Below, in pieces: positions 15,969 to 25,216 of a stretch of 28,929 nucleotides of DNA; positions within the stretch are counted from its first letter, which is position 1; every line of letters starts with the position of its first letter. The stretch comes from Candidatus Iainarchaeum sp. Its GTDB lineage: Archaea > Iainarchaeota > Iainarchaeia > Iainarchaeales > DTGL01. The translations under genes and the position numbers were made by a program. The notes beneath the pieces were generated by a model that worked only from the letters and a program-made list of their open reading frames with translations, searched no databases and had not been told where the DNA came from. The DNA is taken from the NCBI GenBank assembly GCA_021161055.1, contig JAGHBI010000092.1, forward strand, positions 1-28,929, written 5' to 3'.

Positions 15969-18881
15969 ATGAGAAAAATAAATGTAAAGAGACTTGCAGC
16001 TTTAGGTGCAGGTATCGCACTTCTTGGTGCAGCTTTGGCGCCAGCGGCTTCAGCAATAACCTTGAGCAGGGGCGACATCATAAATACGACCAACGGTATG
16101 CCTGCTGTTGATATCGTTGTTGGTGCAAATGCTAAACCCAGTGATGCTGTTTGGGCTGGGAACATAGCAGCAAAGATAGCGCAGCTTGCTTATACCGAGA
16201 GACCGGTAAGTGCCACTCCGCAATGGAAGGAAGGCGCTGCTCCTGGTGAAGGTGTTACGCCAGAGGTCTCAGTTAGTGACCTTAGTGTTGACTTGGTGAT
16301 AGGCGGCGAAACTACATATGCTGCAGGAACAGCATACGTATTTGATGACAACTACCTTGATTCTGTAAGCTCTCAGCCAGAGCTTAACAGTGCAGAGTAT
16401 GGTCAGTCAAAGTTGAGCAGCTTGCTCAACGAAACATGGAGCTATACATACAACGGTTCCAGCTATACGCAGACAGTTAAGGAGTACATCGGCATAAGTG
16501 CAGATGCAAAGTTCGAGGAACACAAGGACGTAAAGGACCTGGTCCTCTACCTGGATGACGAGGGTGACTTCTACTATAAAGTAACATTTACTGCAGGTAT
16601 TCCGTATCCGTTTACAAAGGCGGACCAGAACACAATAACAATACCGTTCTTCGGTAAGAAGTACACTGTGCTTAGCGCATCCAGCAGCGAGGTAAAGCTT
16701 ATTGACGAATCTAACAAGTATACATACTACAACGGCGAGCGCATCACCGGCCTCACAGGAAAGGGTAGCTATGCTGGCCAGAGCCTTGAGGTTGAGTTCG
16801 TAACATTGACATACAATCAGGCGCAGGGTACATACTATGCAAAGTTTAACCTCTACGACAGCGAAGGCAACCTGATTGATACAAGAGACGGTATTAGCTC
16901 AGATACATTCCTCGAGAATGTATTCTACGTAAATGGAGAGTACCCGCTGGAAACCTCTATATACATCCAGTCTCTGGGTAAGGAAGATGTCAGTGGCAAG
17001 GGCTATATCGTCGTCACTATAGGTACAAACACAATCCAGCTCAAGGATGGCGACAAATATCCATATGATCCAACAGTAACATCAAGCAGTAAGAAGTACT
17101 GGAAAGTTGACTTGCATACAGGCACAGGCACTGTGGGTAACGAATCCAGCAGGCCTGTAATAGACTACATAAAGATCTACAACGCCGGTGTTGAAGGCTA
17201 CAGCAAGTGGGACAGAAAGATGCCAATCTATGCAGAGACAGATAGCCTCACAGGCCACAGTGAGGATAGCGTAGCAGTATTCCTGAACGGCGAGCCTGAA
17301 GATACCTTAGGTTATGGCTTCGCCAAGGTAAGGTTCTACGGTTTCAAGCACAACGAAACCACAACAGAGCTTAAGATCGCAGACCACAAGATTTACTACA
17401 CAGATACAGGCGATACAAAGCACGAGATTCCACTGTACATCAGCGGTTTGGATAGCACTTCAGAGGAAGAGTTCGTCTTCGACAAGTCCGGCAACAAGAA
17501 GTACTACTTCAGAATACACACAAGCACGCCAGACGTAAACGTCTGTGACGGCAACTACCTCAACGGCATAGAAGTCCACTTGGAAGATCATAACAGCGAC
17601 GGCGAACTGGAAATATTGACTGACAGCGGCTGGAAGAGCCTTGTTGGAGGTCAGTCATGGGACATCAATGGTGTGAAGTGGGTTATTACCGATACCAACT
17701 ACAACGCCAGTTGTGTAACCTTGGATACAAACGGTTACTTCGAGATCTGGGACGAGTCGTTTGATAGCGGTTCATCTTCGAGCAACTCAGTCAGCGGTTA
17801 TAACGGTGCTCCACTGAACTACAAGTTCTACTTCGATGCAGAGTCAGCTCCAGACGAGAGCACAAACTTTGCAGTTGTAAAGCTTGAGGGTGACAACAGC
17901 CAGAACTACTACTATGCATACTTCTATGACGCAGACACAGGCGAGGTATGGTTGCTCTACGACAAGAAGAACGAGCTTGCAGAGAAGAACAGCTATGACT
18001 TGGACTTCGCAGGCACAGACACAGACGAAGACAGCAACTTGACAATAGATGTCTATGCATATGTGCCTAACGAGACTGAGCTTGGCGGTGGTTCAAGTGG
18101 AAGCTATTACACAGCAAAGTTCACTCTGACAGAGCCAAGCAACGCGGGTACAGGCTATATCTACATTGATACAGACGACGGAAGCCTGGCTCCATTCGGT
18201 AATACAAACTACACCCCGTCAGGCTATGAGTTCGACTACACCAACAACAACACGGGCCAGACCTTGCAGATGACAAACTACAACGAGGCAGACAACATCC
18301 AGGTTGCTTGGTCTGATTACGGCAGCAAGTTCGACATAAGCAACGATTACTTCGTTGCTGTAATCCCAGAGAACAGAGAATACATCAAGCTTGCTGTTGA
18401 GGGTCCAGAGGCAACAGTTGAGATTAGCGGTGAAGAGCTCAGTGCTGCTGAAGGTGAGACAGTAACAACGAGCGGCGGTACAAAGATAACCGTTAAGAAG
18501 ATAAACTACACTGCTAGCGTGACACCATCGGTATGTCCGGCAGGCGGCGTATCGCTTGATGACATAGAGGTCACAGTAGAGCCAGACAAGGTGAAGACTC
18601 CTGTGCCTGTTGGCCAGCTAGTGTACACAGATGAGGAGGCCTTTGGCGATAAGCCACACATCTTGATTGGTGGCTGGAAGGCTAACAGGCTGGTCGCAGA
18701 CAGGCTTGACGAGATATTGCTGAGCGATGGCAAGAGGCTTGACGAGAAACTTACAAAGCCAGGTGAATACGTCGTCGAGAAGCTCGAAACCGGCGATATC
18801 ATTGTTGCGGGTTATACAGCAGCAGACACTGTAGCAGCAGCCAAGGAGCTCATAGCAGAGCTTGAAAGACTATTAGAGTAA
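15969..18881 (+). CDS. S-layer protein (major cell-surface glycoprotein, S_layer_N/S_layer_C type)
   Basis: Signal peptide MRKINVKRLAALGAGIALLGAAL; IVVGANA..SD.V.AGNIAA N-domain; ILIGG..ANRL and IIVAGYTAADT..AA C-domain; acidic S/T/Y/D-rich core; about 11 N-x-S/T sequons; strongly C-ending codon usage. Confidence 0.9.
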   Translation: MRKINVKRLAALGAGIALLGAALAPAASAITLSRGDIINTTNGMPAVDIVVGANAKPSDAVWAGNIAAKIAQLAYTERPVSATPQWKEGAAPGEGVTPEVSVSDLSVDLVIGGETTYAAGTAYVFDDNYLDSVSSQPELNSAEYGQSKLSSLLNETWSYTYNGSSYTQTVKEYIGISADAKFEEHKDVKDLVLYLDDEGDFYYKVTFTAGIPYPFTKADQNTITIPFFGKKYTVLSASSSEVKLIDESNKYTYYNGERITGLTGKGSYAGQSLEVEFVTLTYNQAQGTYYAKFNLYDSEGNLIDTRDGISSDTFLENVFYVNGEYPLETSIYIQSLGKEDVSGKGYIVVTIGTNTIQLKDGDKYPYDPTVTSSSKKYWKVDLHTGTGTVGNESSRPVIDYIKIYNAGVEGYSKWDRKMPIYAETDSLTGHSEDSVAVFLNGEPEDTLGYGFAKVRFYGFKHNETTTELKIADHKIYYTDTGDTKHEIPLYISGLDSTSEEEFVFDKSGNKKYYFRIHTSTPDVNVCDGNYLNGIEVHLEDHNSDGELEILTDSGWKSLVGGQSWDINGVKWVITDTNYNASCVTLDTNGYFEIWDESFDSGSSSSNSVSGYNGAPLNYKFYFDAESAPDESTNFAVVKLEGDNSQNYYYAYFYDADTGEVWLLYDKKNELAEKNSYDLDFAGTDTDEDSNLTIDVYAYVPNETELGGGSSGSYYTAKFTLTEPSNAGTGYIYIDTDDGSLAPFGNTNYTPSGYEFDYTNNNTGQTLQMTNYNEADNIQVAWSDYGSKFDISNDYFVAVIPENREYIKLAVEGPEATVEISGEELSAAEGETVTTSGGTKITVKKINYTASVTPSVCPAGGVSLDDIEVTVEPDKVKTPVPVGQLVYTDEEAFGDKPHILIGGWKANRLVADRLDEILLSDGKRLDEKLTKPGEYVVEKLETGDIIVAGYTAADTVAAAKELIAELERLLE

Positions 18882-18886
18882 ATCTG

Positions 18887-18927
18887 AAAAGAAAGGCTGA
18901 ATGCCTTTCTTTTTTATTTTATTTTTT
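18887..18927 (+). terminator. Hairpin plus T-tract terminator after the S-layer gene
   Basis: AAAAGAAAGGC-tgaat-GCCTTTCTTTT perfect 11-bp stem (18887-18913) running into a long T-rich tract, 6 bp after the stop. Confidence 0.85.
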
Positions 18928-18997
18928 ATATGCTAATTCTGAACTGTACCGGACACAATTTTTTAAATGTCTTCTCTGCTTAAAGGTGTTGAATACT

Positions 18998-20023
18998 ATG
19001 CATATGCTCAAAAGGGTAAAGCATAGAGCCTTGGAAAGCTTTAAGAAGGCAATAATCGCACTTATCCTTCTAATAGCTGTTTTCACAGTTGCTGTTCTCA
19101 CCACCGGTTCTATAGGCGAGCTGGGGAAAGCAAACGTTTTCATTGTAGCATCAGCCTCGCTGGCTTTTTTAACTTCCGTGTTCTTCTGGGTATTTTCGTG
19201 GGCGTGGGTGTTAAAGAATGAGCATAGCCTGCGCCTTCGCGAGATGCTTGTTGTAGGCTTTTCTTCAATCTTTGCCTCTCTCACACCGATGCAGCTTGGC
19301 AACGATGCGTTGAGAGCCTACCTCCTGAAAGAAAGCTATAATGTTCCATTCTCAAAAGGGATAAGCGCAAGCATGCTTGTAAAGGGTTTGAAGTTTTTTT
19401 CTTTACTCATTGTTTCGGTGTTTGTGCTCTTTTTTCTGATTATGAATGCAGGGCTAAACCCTGCACTCTTTTTGTTTTTACTGAGCGGATTATCAGTAGT
19501 TTTCGCTGCTGCACTTCTGTTTTTGCTTCCTCTTAATAGAAAAGCAGCAATGTTTATATCGCAATTGTTCAGAAAATTCCCGGTTAAAAAAAGTGCCTTC
19601 GAACAGCTCTCTGAATTTTTCCTAAAGTACTCCGATTATCTGAAGAATGGCAGCGTTAGTTTCTTTTCCCTGCTCCTCTTGTGCATAATTTCCTGGTTCT
19701 TCGAATTCTTGGCCTTCATACTTTCCCTAGCGTCATTAGGTATTTTTATGCCTTTGAGCAGTTTTGTTTTGCTCTTTGTTGTAATCGCCATTCTTGAAAG
19801 GGTTCCTTTTACCCCAAGAGGTTTGCTCTTTGTTGAGGTTACAGGTTACCTGTTGCTCTCCGGTCCGTTTGCAAACCTGAGCCAGCAGCAAATAATATCC
19901 TTCCTTGCAATATTTGATATCGTGCGTATCGTTGTTCCCGTAACTTTATCCCTGCTCTTGTTTTCTTTATGGTATCGGAAGTTTAATGGCTCAAATAAGC
20001 ATGTACCAAAGGAGACAGTTTAG
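18998..20023 (+). CDS. Flippase-like / lysylphosphatidylglycerol synthase TM domain protein (UPF0104)
   Basis: Multi-TM protein with W...L, TP..LG.DALRAYLL and P.TP.GL...E motifs. Start (18986, 18998 or 19004) is uncertain. Confidence 0.8.
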   Translation: MHMLKRVKHRALESFKKAIIALILLIAVFTVAVLTTGSIGELGKANVFIVASASLAFLTSVFFWVFSWAWVLKNEHSLRLREMLVVGFSSIFASLTPMQLGNDALRAYLLKESYNVPFSKGISASMLVKGLKFFSLLIVSVFVLFFLIMNAGLNPALFLFLLSGLSVVFAAALLFLLPLNRKAAMFISQLFRKFPVKKSAFEQLSEFFLKYSDYLKNGSVSFFSLLLLCIISWFFEFLAFILSLASLGIFMPLSSFVLLFVVIAILERVPFTPRGLLFVEVTGYLLLSGPFANLSQQQIISFLAIFDIVRIVVPVTLSLLLFSLWYRKFNGSNKHVPKETV

Positions 20024-20923
20024 AATTACAACACACCATATAATCAGCACAAGTGTGCGCTCACTTTTTGGTCCAAAAAGCAGAATCAATAGCTTTGCAA
20101 AATCCAGCTTCCTGCTTTCAGGTATTTCAAGTTTGCCCTCTTCGTTGAGCACATAGGGGTACTCCTTCCTCTGGCTTGGGTCTTGAGGATTGGTTGCTAT
20201 TTTAAGGGTAAAGTCTATAATGTGCGGGAGAAAAAACAGAAATGTCATGACCATCAGATGCAATGAGGACTGCATTATTATAAGGCCGGCCATGGCAGAG
20301 CCTATTAGCAGCGTTCCCGAATCGCCTGGGAAAACCTTTGCAGGGTAGCGATTAAGGAACAGTAAAGCAAGTACCGATGCATTTAAAGCTAGCGCAAGCG
20401 GAAAAAACGTTGTGCGAAAAAGTATAAAGGCTATAAAAAGAGATATTATGAAGCCCGAGCCAACCTCCCAACCATTCAGTCCTGCAAACGTATTCTCAAA
20501 ACTAGCAGCGCCCGCGAGGTAAAGCGAAGTCAAAACCACAAGTAGCAGGTCTCCTTCAAAAAACAGGAACGAGAACAGAAGCGAAATAACTGCTATTATC
20601 ATCGCTCTTAGTTTCCACGGAATTGTTCTGGCAGAAAACTTGTGCTTGGTGTCATCTATAAAACCGACAATCGAAAACCCGCTTACCATGGTCACCCAGG
20701 CAAGGAAGGCTGCGTTGTTGGTATTAATAAACATAAAAACTGCCACCAGCCATAGTGGGAGAAGCAACGCTATGCCCGTGCTTTCGGGCAGTGCTGGCTT
20801 ATCTTTCTTGTTTATATCTATGCCAACGATTCCAGCCTTTTTGTTGTAATGCGAAACTATTTTTATTGCGAGGTATGCAATCAGCACGCAGCCGACATAA
20901 AGAGCTGCAAGTTCGTAGTACAT
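19991..20923 (-). CDS. MraY/GPT-family polyprenyl-phosphate GlcNAc-1-phosphotransferase (AglH-like)
   Basis: G.DINK..KP.LPE..G, GFIDD, AGLNG.E and PAKVFPGDSGTL.IG motifs. Confidence 0.85.
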   Translation of the reverse strand: MYYELAALYVGCVLIAYLAIKIVSHYNKKAGIVGIDINKKDKPALPESTGIALLLPLWLVAVFMFINTNNAAFLAWVTMVSGFSIVGFIDDTKHKFSARTIPWKLRAMIIAVISLLFSFLFFEGDLLLVVLTSLYLAGAASFENTFAGLNGWEVGSGFIISLFIAFILFRTTFFPLALALNASVLALLFLNRYPAKVFPGDSGTLLIGSAMAGLIIMQSSLHLMVMTFLFFLPHIIDFTLKIATNPQDPSQRKEYPYVLNEEGKLEIPESRKLDFAKLLILLFGPKSERTLVLIIWCVVILNCLLWYMLI

Positions 20924-20974
20924 CCCATCACCAGATGTTAGAATTCTGTTACAAAAATATTTAAATTGCAACCG

Positions 20975-22231
20975 CTAACATACCCTGCTCTGTTTCGTTA
21001 TTTCTCTCAGCACAATTGTAGCATAGCAACCCTTTTCAAGTGTAAACCTTATTGTGCAGAATTTTTTACCCTCAAAAAATTCATCATCAGCTATTTCCAA
21101 CAGCTCCATATCCTTAGGAAACATAACAATCTTCCTCCGCGAACCCGCGCTTGAGCATTCCTTAAGCACCTTCACCTTGAAGTCTGCAAAGGTTATTCCA
21201 TGCTCTTTGAGAAGTTCGCGCTCCAGCGTTCCAATAATGCCCGGCGAAAACTTCGAATCATAGCCTGGCAAAAGGCCTAACGCTATGCCATCCTCGCTTG
21301 GTTCATTTTTGACCGGATTCAGTCCAATCCCGTGCTCAATCCTTTTATTTATGAGCTCATTGAAAAGATATGCTTGGTAAGCGTGTGTGAACAGAAAGAG
21401 TATCTTTCTTGGAAGCTTTCTAAGCGCACCGATAAAATCATTGTTGCGTGTAGCAAGGTGATGAAGCATCATCCTTTCGTACCTGTACTTTATTGGGAAC
21501 GCATTCAGTGCTTTTTTGAATTCGTGCTGAGCTGCCAGTGCGCGAGCATTTTTTACTTCCTCACTTTCTTCCGGCGCAACCGCTGACAGATAGAGCATAA
21601 CCGCATTTTCATAGTTTCCTTTTATTATTTCCTTTCCAACAAGGTGGCTTACCTTTCTTATGCCACCAAAGCGCTGTGCACCAAAATAGTTCCCTATGCC
21701 TTTTTCCATCTCCTCAAAACAGCTCTGCACCCTTTTCTTAATTTCCTCCTCTTCAAGCTCTATGTTTCTTATCGTTACAGTGAACCGATTGCCTTTGAGC
21801 ATACCCAAATCTATGGCTGTGCTGTGCCACTCGGCCTCTCGCAACGCAATACTATTACTTCTAAAACTCTTAAGTCTTTCCACATCCGGCTTCCATATGC
21901 TTATTCTCTGGCACGTGATAGCTCGCTTATCCTTTATGCCCGCATATCCTATTCTGTTCGTGCTGCAGTGCAGAAACCTTGATATCTGCCTTATAGCATC
22001 GTGCAGATCTCTATTTATCTTTTCAAGGTTTACGTGGAGATATTCCAGCTTTTCTTTGTTTTCAGGCACAGCAAGCTGTTCGTCTTTTGTAAGCTCTTTG
22101 CTTTTTACAAAGCGCTTCACTTCACATATGCGTTTTTCCAGTATCTCCTCAACGATAAAATCGGAATAGCGGTGCTTTATTTTACCTCCGATGCCAGCGC
22201 TTTTTGTGAAGAAGTGTTTTATGTCCGTCAT
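20975..22231 (-). CDS. truD: tRNA pseudouridine(13) synthase TruD
   Basis: GGKIK....DFIVEE, GYAGIKDKRAITCQ (catalytic Asp), GNRFTVTIR, NYFG.QRFG, AYQAYLFN and F.L.KG.YAT. ATG 22231 lies just after the aRF1 stop. Confidence 0.95.
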   Translation of the reverse strand: MTDIKHFFTKSAGIGGKIKHRYSDFIVEEILEKRICEVKRFVKSKELTKDEQLAVPENKEKLEYLHVNLEKINRDLHDAIRQISRFLHCSTNRIGYAGIKDKRAITCQRISIWKPDVERLKSFRSNSIALREAEWHSTAIDLGMLKGNRFTVTIRNIELEEEEIKKRVQSCFEEMEKGIGNYFGAQRFGGIRKVSHLVGKEIIKGNYENAVMLYLSAVAPEESEEVKNARALAAQHEFKKALNAFPIKYRYERMMLHHLATRNNDFIGALRKLPRKILFLFTHAYQAYLFNELINKRIEHGIGLNPVKNEPSEDGIALGLLPGYDSKFSPGIIGTLERELLKEHGITFADFKVKVLKECSSAGSRRKIVMFPKDMELLEIADDEFFEGKKFCTIRFTLEKGCYATIVLREITKQSRVC

Positions 22232-22235
22232 CAGA

Positions 22236-23474
22236 TCACTTAAATCGCAATATTCCACCTATGCCGCCAAACGTCTTCCAGAACTGCTGTCCCTCATCCG
22301 TTTCTGTGCTTATGATTCTTGTTTCCGTTCCTGATTTCTTTGCCTTTTCCATAAGCGCTTCCACGTAGTCCTTCTCTTCAACCACTTCCATTGCAGAGCC
22401 ACATTTTTCGCATGTGAGTTCAGGCTCCTTATTTTCATCAAGCACAACAGTTTTTTTATGGTGGCAGTGAGAGCATTCTAAATAGTATGCGGTTTTATTA
22501 ATCTTATCGCTTATCAACAGCACCGCAACTTTGCCCATTTCAAGCGCTTCTATGGTTTCCTTCTCCCCGTAAACCGCAAGGCCGGTTTTTATCACATGTG
22601 TTAGGAATTCATTCACGATCTCTTTCTCTTTTATGATTGCGGTGTTCTTGAGTAAATCTTTGCTTCGCTCTATCGCTTCTTTAATTCCATACTCATCAGT
22701 GTAAGCGGTGCTCACTGTGCCAAGTATTTTGTTCTTGAGCCTGTAATCCAAGAAGCCTTTCTCCAAAAATGTTTCCTTTGTAAGTCCCGGGCCTGCGATT
22801 ATAAGCCCATTGAGTCTATCCACATAAGGCACAAATGCTTTGTTTGCTGCTTCGCTAACCTTCTTATAGAAGTTGTGTTCTGCTTCTTGTCTTAAGTGTT
22901 CAAATCGCTTTGCTGATTGCCCGCCAGCACGTTCTTTGCCTGCTACATTGCTTCTGAAGTGCCCCACAATCTCATAGCTCTTGCCCTTGAGTATTGCAAT
23001 CGTTGCTTCGTTTTTATCTATTGTTATGAGCCCATATATTTCTGTAGGTTTTATCATTTCCTCAAGCGGTGCGAGGTTGAACTCAGAATCGCACCAATAC
23101 AATTTGGTTTCAAGTCTCCTTATCGGAACGACAGTAAAAAGCTTTATGTCTGATTTGCCCTCCTGCCTCGAAACATTCCCGCAAAATATCGCCAATCCAT
23201 TTTTGGGAATGTTGAAATCTATCTGCTTCAGAAGGTTTATGATGCGCCTTAACGCACCCTGAACGTTCTTTCTGGTGTTGGGGTCCTTTATGTTCGAGCT
23301 CTGGCTTTTTTCGTTTATGAGCTGTGACATTATAGCACTTCTATCGCTACCGTAGGGTATGTAAAGCGATATAAGCTCTGTACCGCTGCCTTTGAATGAC
23401 CTGAGCTTTCTGAGCTTTTTGTTGAAAAGATTAAGCTCAGCCTCGTCAATCTCCTCTATAAAGTCAGTTCTCAT
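22236..23474 (-). CDS. prf1: Peptide chain release factor aRF1
   Basis: GTELISLYIP, NIKD (NIKS position), YWCDSEF (YxCxxxF), AGGQSAKRF, zinc-ribbon insert and FGGIGGILRF. Confidence 0.97.
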   Translation of the reverse strand: MRTDFIEEIDEAELNLFNKKLRKLRSFKGSGTELISLYIPYGSDRSAIMSQLINEKSQSSNIKDPNTRKNVQGALRRIINLLKQIDFNIPKNGLAIFCGNVSRQEGKSDIKLFTVVPIRRLETKLYWCDSEFNLAPLEEMIKPTEIYGLITIDKNEATIAILKGKSYEIVGHFRSNVAGKERAGGQSAKRFEHLRQEAEHNFYKKVSEAANKAFVPYVDRLNGLIIAGPGLTKETFLEKGFLDYRLKNKILGTVSTAYTDEYGIKEAIERSKDLLKNTAIIKEKEIVNEFLTHVIKTGLAVYGEKETIEALEMGKVAVLLISDKINKTAYYLECSHCHHKKTVVLDENKEPELTCEKCGSAMEVVEEKDYVEALMEKAKKSGTETRIISTETDEGQQFWKTFGGIGGILRFK

Positions 23475-23602
23475 ACCGCTCACTCACGATGTAAAATCAG
23501 TTATGCATGTAAAATGTATGCATAATTGCACCTGGGCTATTGCGTAGGTTTTAAATATAAAAATGCCCAATTAAATATTAAAAACCTTAGGAAGGTGCTT
23601 AT

Positions 23603-24403
23603 ATGTTTGATGAAGGTCTTTTTAAAATATTCTCTGAAGAGCCCGAACAGCAATCCGAACAGCACAGCAACTCTGATGTTAGAGAAATCGAAAGCGTAGA
23701 TTTTGGAAAAAAAACAGTAGTGCTCTCTGTTGGTGGCTCTCTGGTTGTGCAAGAAAAGCCAAATACCTCTTACATCGCAAAACTTGCAGAGCGCATATCA
23801 AACCTGTATAAATCAGGCTATAGGTTTGCGATAGTAGTTGGTGGCGGCATTGTTTGCAGAAACTATATCGCATCAGCAAAAGCATTGGGTGCAAACAACT
23901 TTTTGGCAGATTCTATAGGGATAAGAATTACAAGGCTCAACGCTATGCTCATGATTCAGGCTTTGGAAAATGCATATCCAAAAGTGCTTACTGATGTATT
24001 TCAAGCAAAGTCGATAATTGATTCCGGTAAGATTCCTGTTTATGGCGGTTTGCTGCCAGGCATTACCACTGATTGCGTTGCCGCACTTGTTGCCGAATAC
24101 CTCGATGCAGAATTTATAAACCTGACAAATGTTGATGGTGTATATTCCGCGGACCCCAAAGTGAATCCGCATGCTAAGTTCTATCCAGAGATTTCGTACG
24201 ATAGACTTCTCTCTCTAATAAAGCTTGCCGGAAGCAAACCGGGGCAGAATGTTGTTCTGGATCTGCCGGCATGCCTAATCCTTAAGCGTTCCAATATCCC
24301 TGCAATAGTTCTCAATGGAAACGACCTGGATAACTTTGTTGCGGCAGTAGAGGGTGGCGAATTTAGAGGTACGCGAATAATTGGTGAGGAAAATAAGTTG
24401 TAA
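23603..24403 (+). CDS. pyrH: Uridylate kinase
   Basis: VLSVGGS, VVGGG..CRNYI, D.IGI..TRLNA, PG.TTD.VAA, TNVDGVYSADPK and GT.I motifs. Confidence 0.93.
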   Translation: MFDEGLFKIFSEEPEQQSEQHSNSDVREIESVDFGKKTVVLSVGGSLVVQEKPNTSYIAKLAERISNLYKSGYRFAIVVGGGIVCRNYIASAKALGANNFLADSIGIRITRLNAMLMIQALENAYPKVLTDVFQAKSIIDSGKIPVYGGLLPGITTDCVAALVAEYLDAEFINLTNVDGVYSADPKVNPHAKFYPEISYDRLLSLIKLAGSKPGQNVVLDLPACLILKRSNIPAIVLNGNDLDNFVAAVEGGEFRGTRIIGEENKL

Positions 24404-24432
24404 TTAGTTAGTATGTTTTATTAGGTTTTAAT

Positions 24433-25203
24433 ATGGCTGCACGTGGCAGAAGCCGAAGACCTAGAAAGCTCGCACCAATTAGAAAAAAGAGCCCATCGCA
24501 AGCCAAAGAGCCGGCGATAAAGACTGTGGCTGACAGAAAAAAGGAAATTTATGAGGTGTTAAAAGCTAGAGAGTTGAGTGAAAGCAGAAAGGCAAACCGC
24601 TTAGGTAGGCTTGTTAAAAAGTTGTGTGAAGCAGCCTTCAGAGAGGCAAGAGAGATCTATCTGAGCGCTCAGCCTCCAAACCCCCAGCCAGCATATACAA
24701 AGCCTTTAATTGATGCCCTTCGAATTCTCAGAGAGCTCCAAGACAGCAAAATCGTGATTGAAAATCGCTCTCTTTTCGAGCGCATAGAGCATGCGATAGA
24801 ATTTGTAATTGCTATGCAGAATCCGGAAAACTTACGCGAGAGAATAATTTTTGGAAAAGGCAAGAGGGAAGGAAGGCTAAAAACATCAAAGGAAATTATA
24901 GAAAAGTTGCGAGCGATCTTAGCTAGCGAGAAAATAAGCGAATCTCAATTAACAGATGTAAAATCCTTAGTATCAAATCTTGTTTGGAGAAGATCGAGGG
25001 AAGCGGCAAGGCTCTATATGCAAGGCGTGCCTTACGAAGATTCGCTGAGGGAAGTGCTTGCCATACTGAGAAAATTTCAAAAATTAGAGCCAGTAAAAAG
25101 AAACAGGGAATTGAGGAAATGGTTCATCAAACAAGACGGTTTTCTAGTTGCGCTTTGCAATCCTGAAAGGATGAAACGCTGGGTAGAGGAAAGAATCCGC
25201 TAA
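24433..25203 (+). CDS. Hypothetical basic helical protein with two internal ~100-aa repeats
   Basis: 256-aa ORF filling the gap between pyrH and dph2. K/R-rich N-tail, then two alignable repeats. No family recognised. Confidence 0.7.
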   Translation: MAARGRSRRPRKLAPIRKKSPSQAKEPAIKTVADRKKEIYEVLKARELSESRKANRLGRLVKKLCEAAFREAREIYLSAQPPNPQPAYTKPLIDALRILRELQDSKIVIENRSLFERIEHAIEFVIAMQNPENLRERIIFGKGKREGRLKTSKEIIEKLRAILASEKISESQLTDVKSLVSNLVWRRSREAARLYMQGVPYEDSLREVLAILRKFQKLEPVKRNRELRKWFIKQDGFLVALCNPERMKRWVEERIR

Positions 25204-25216
25204 TTTAATCGCATTT

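Noticed and set aside
23283-23294. aRF1 NIKD instead of NIKS as a sign of stop-codon reassignment
   Set aside because: All three stops terminate conserved genes at expected lengths in this window (csl4 TAA, PCNA-2 TAG, PCNA-1 and priL TGA), and the fourth position of this motif is known to vary among archaea.
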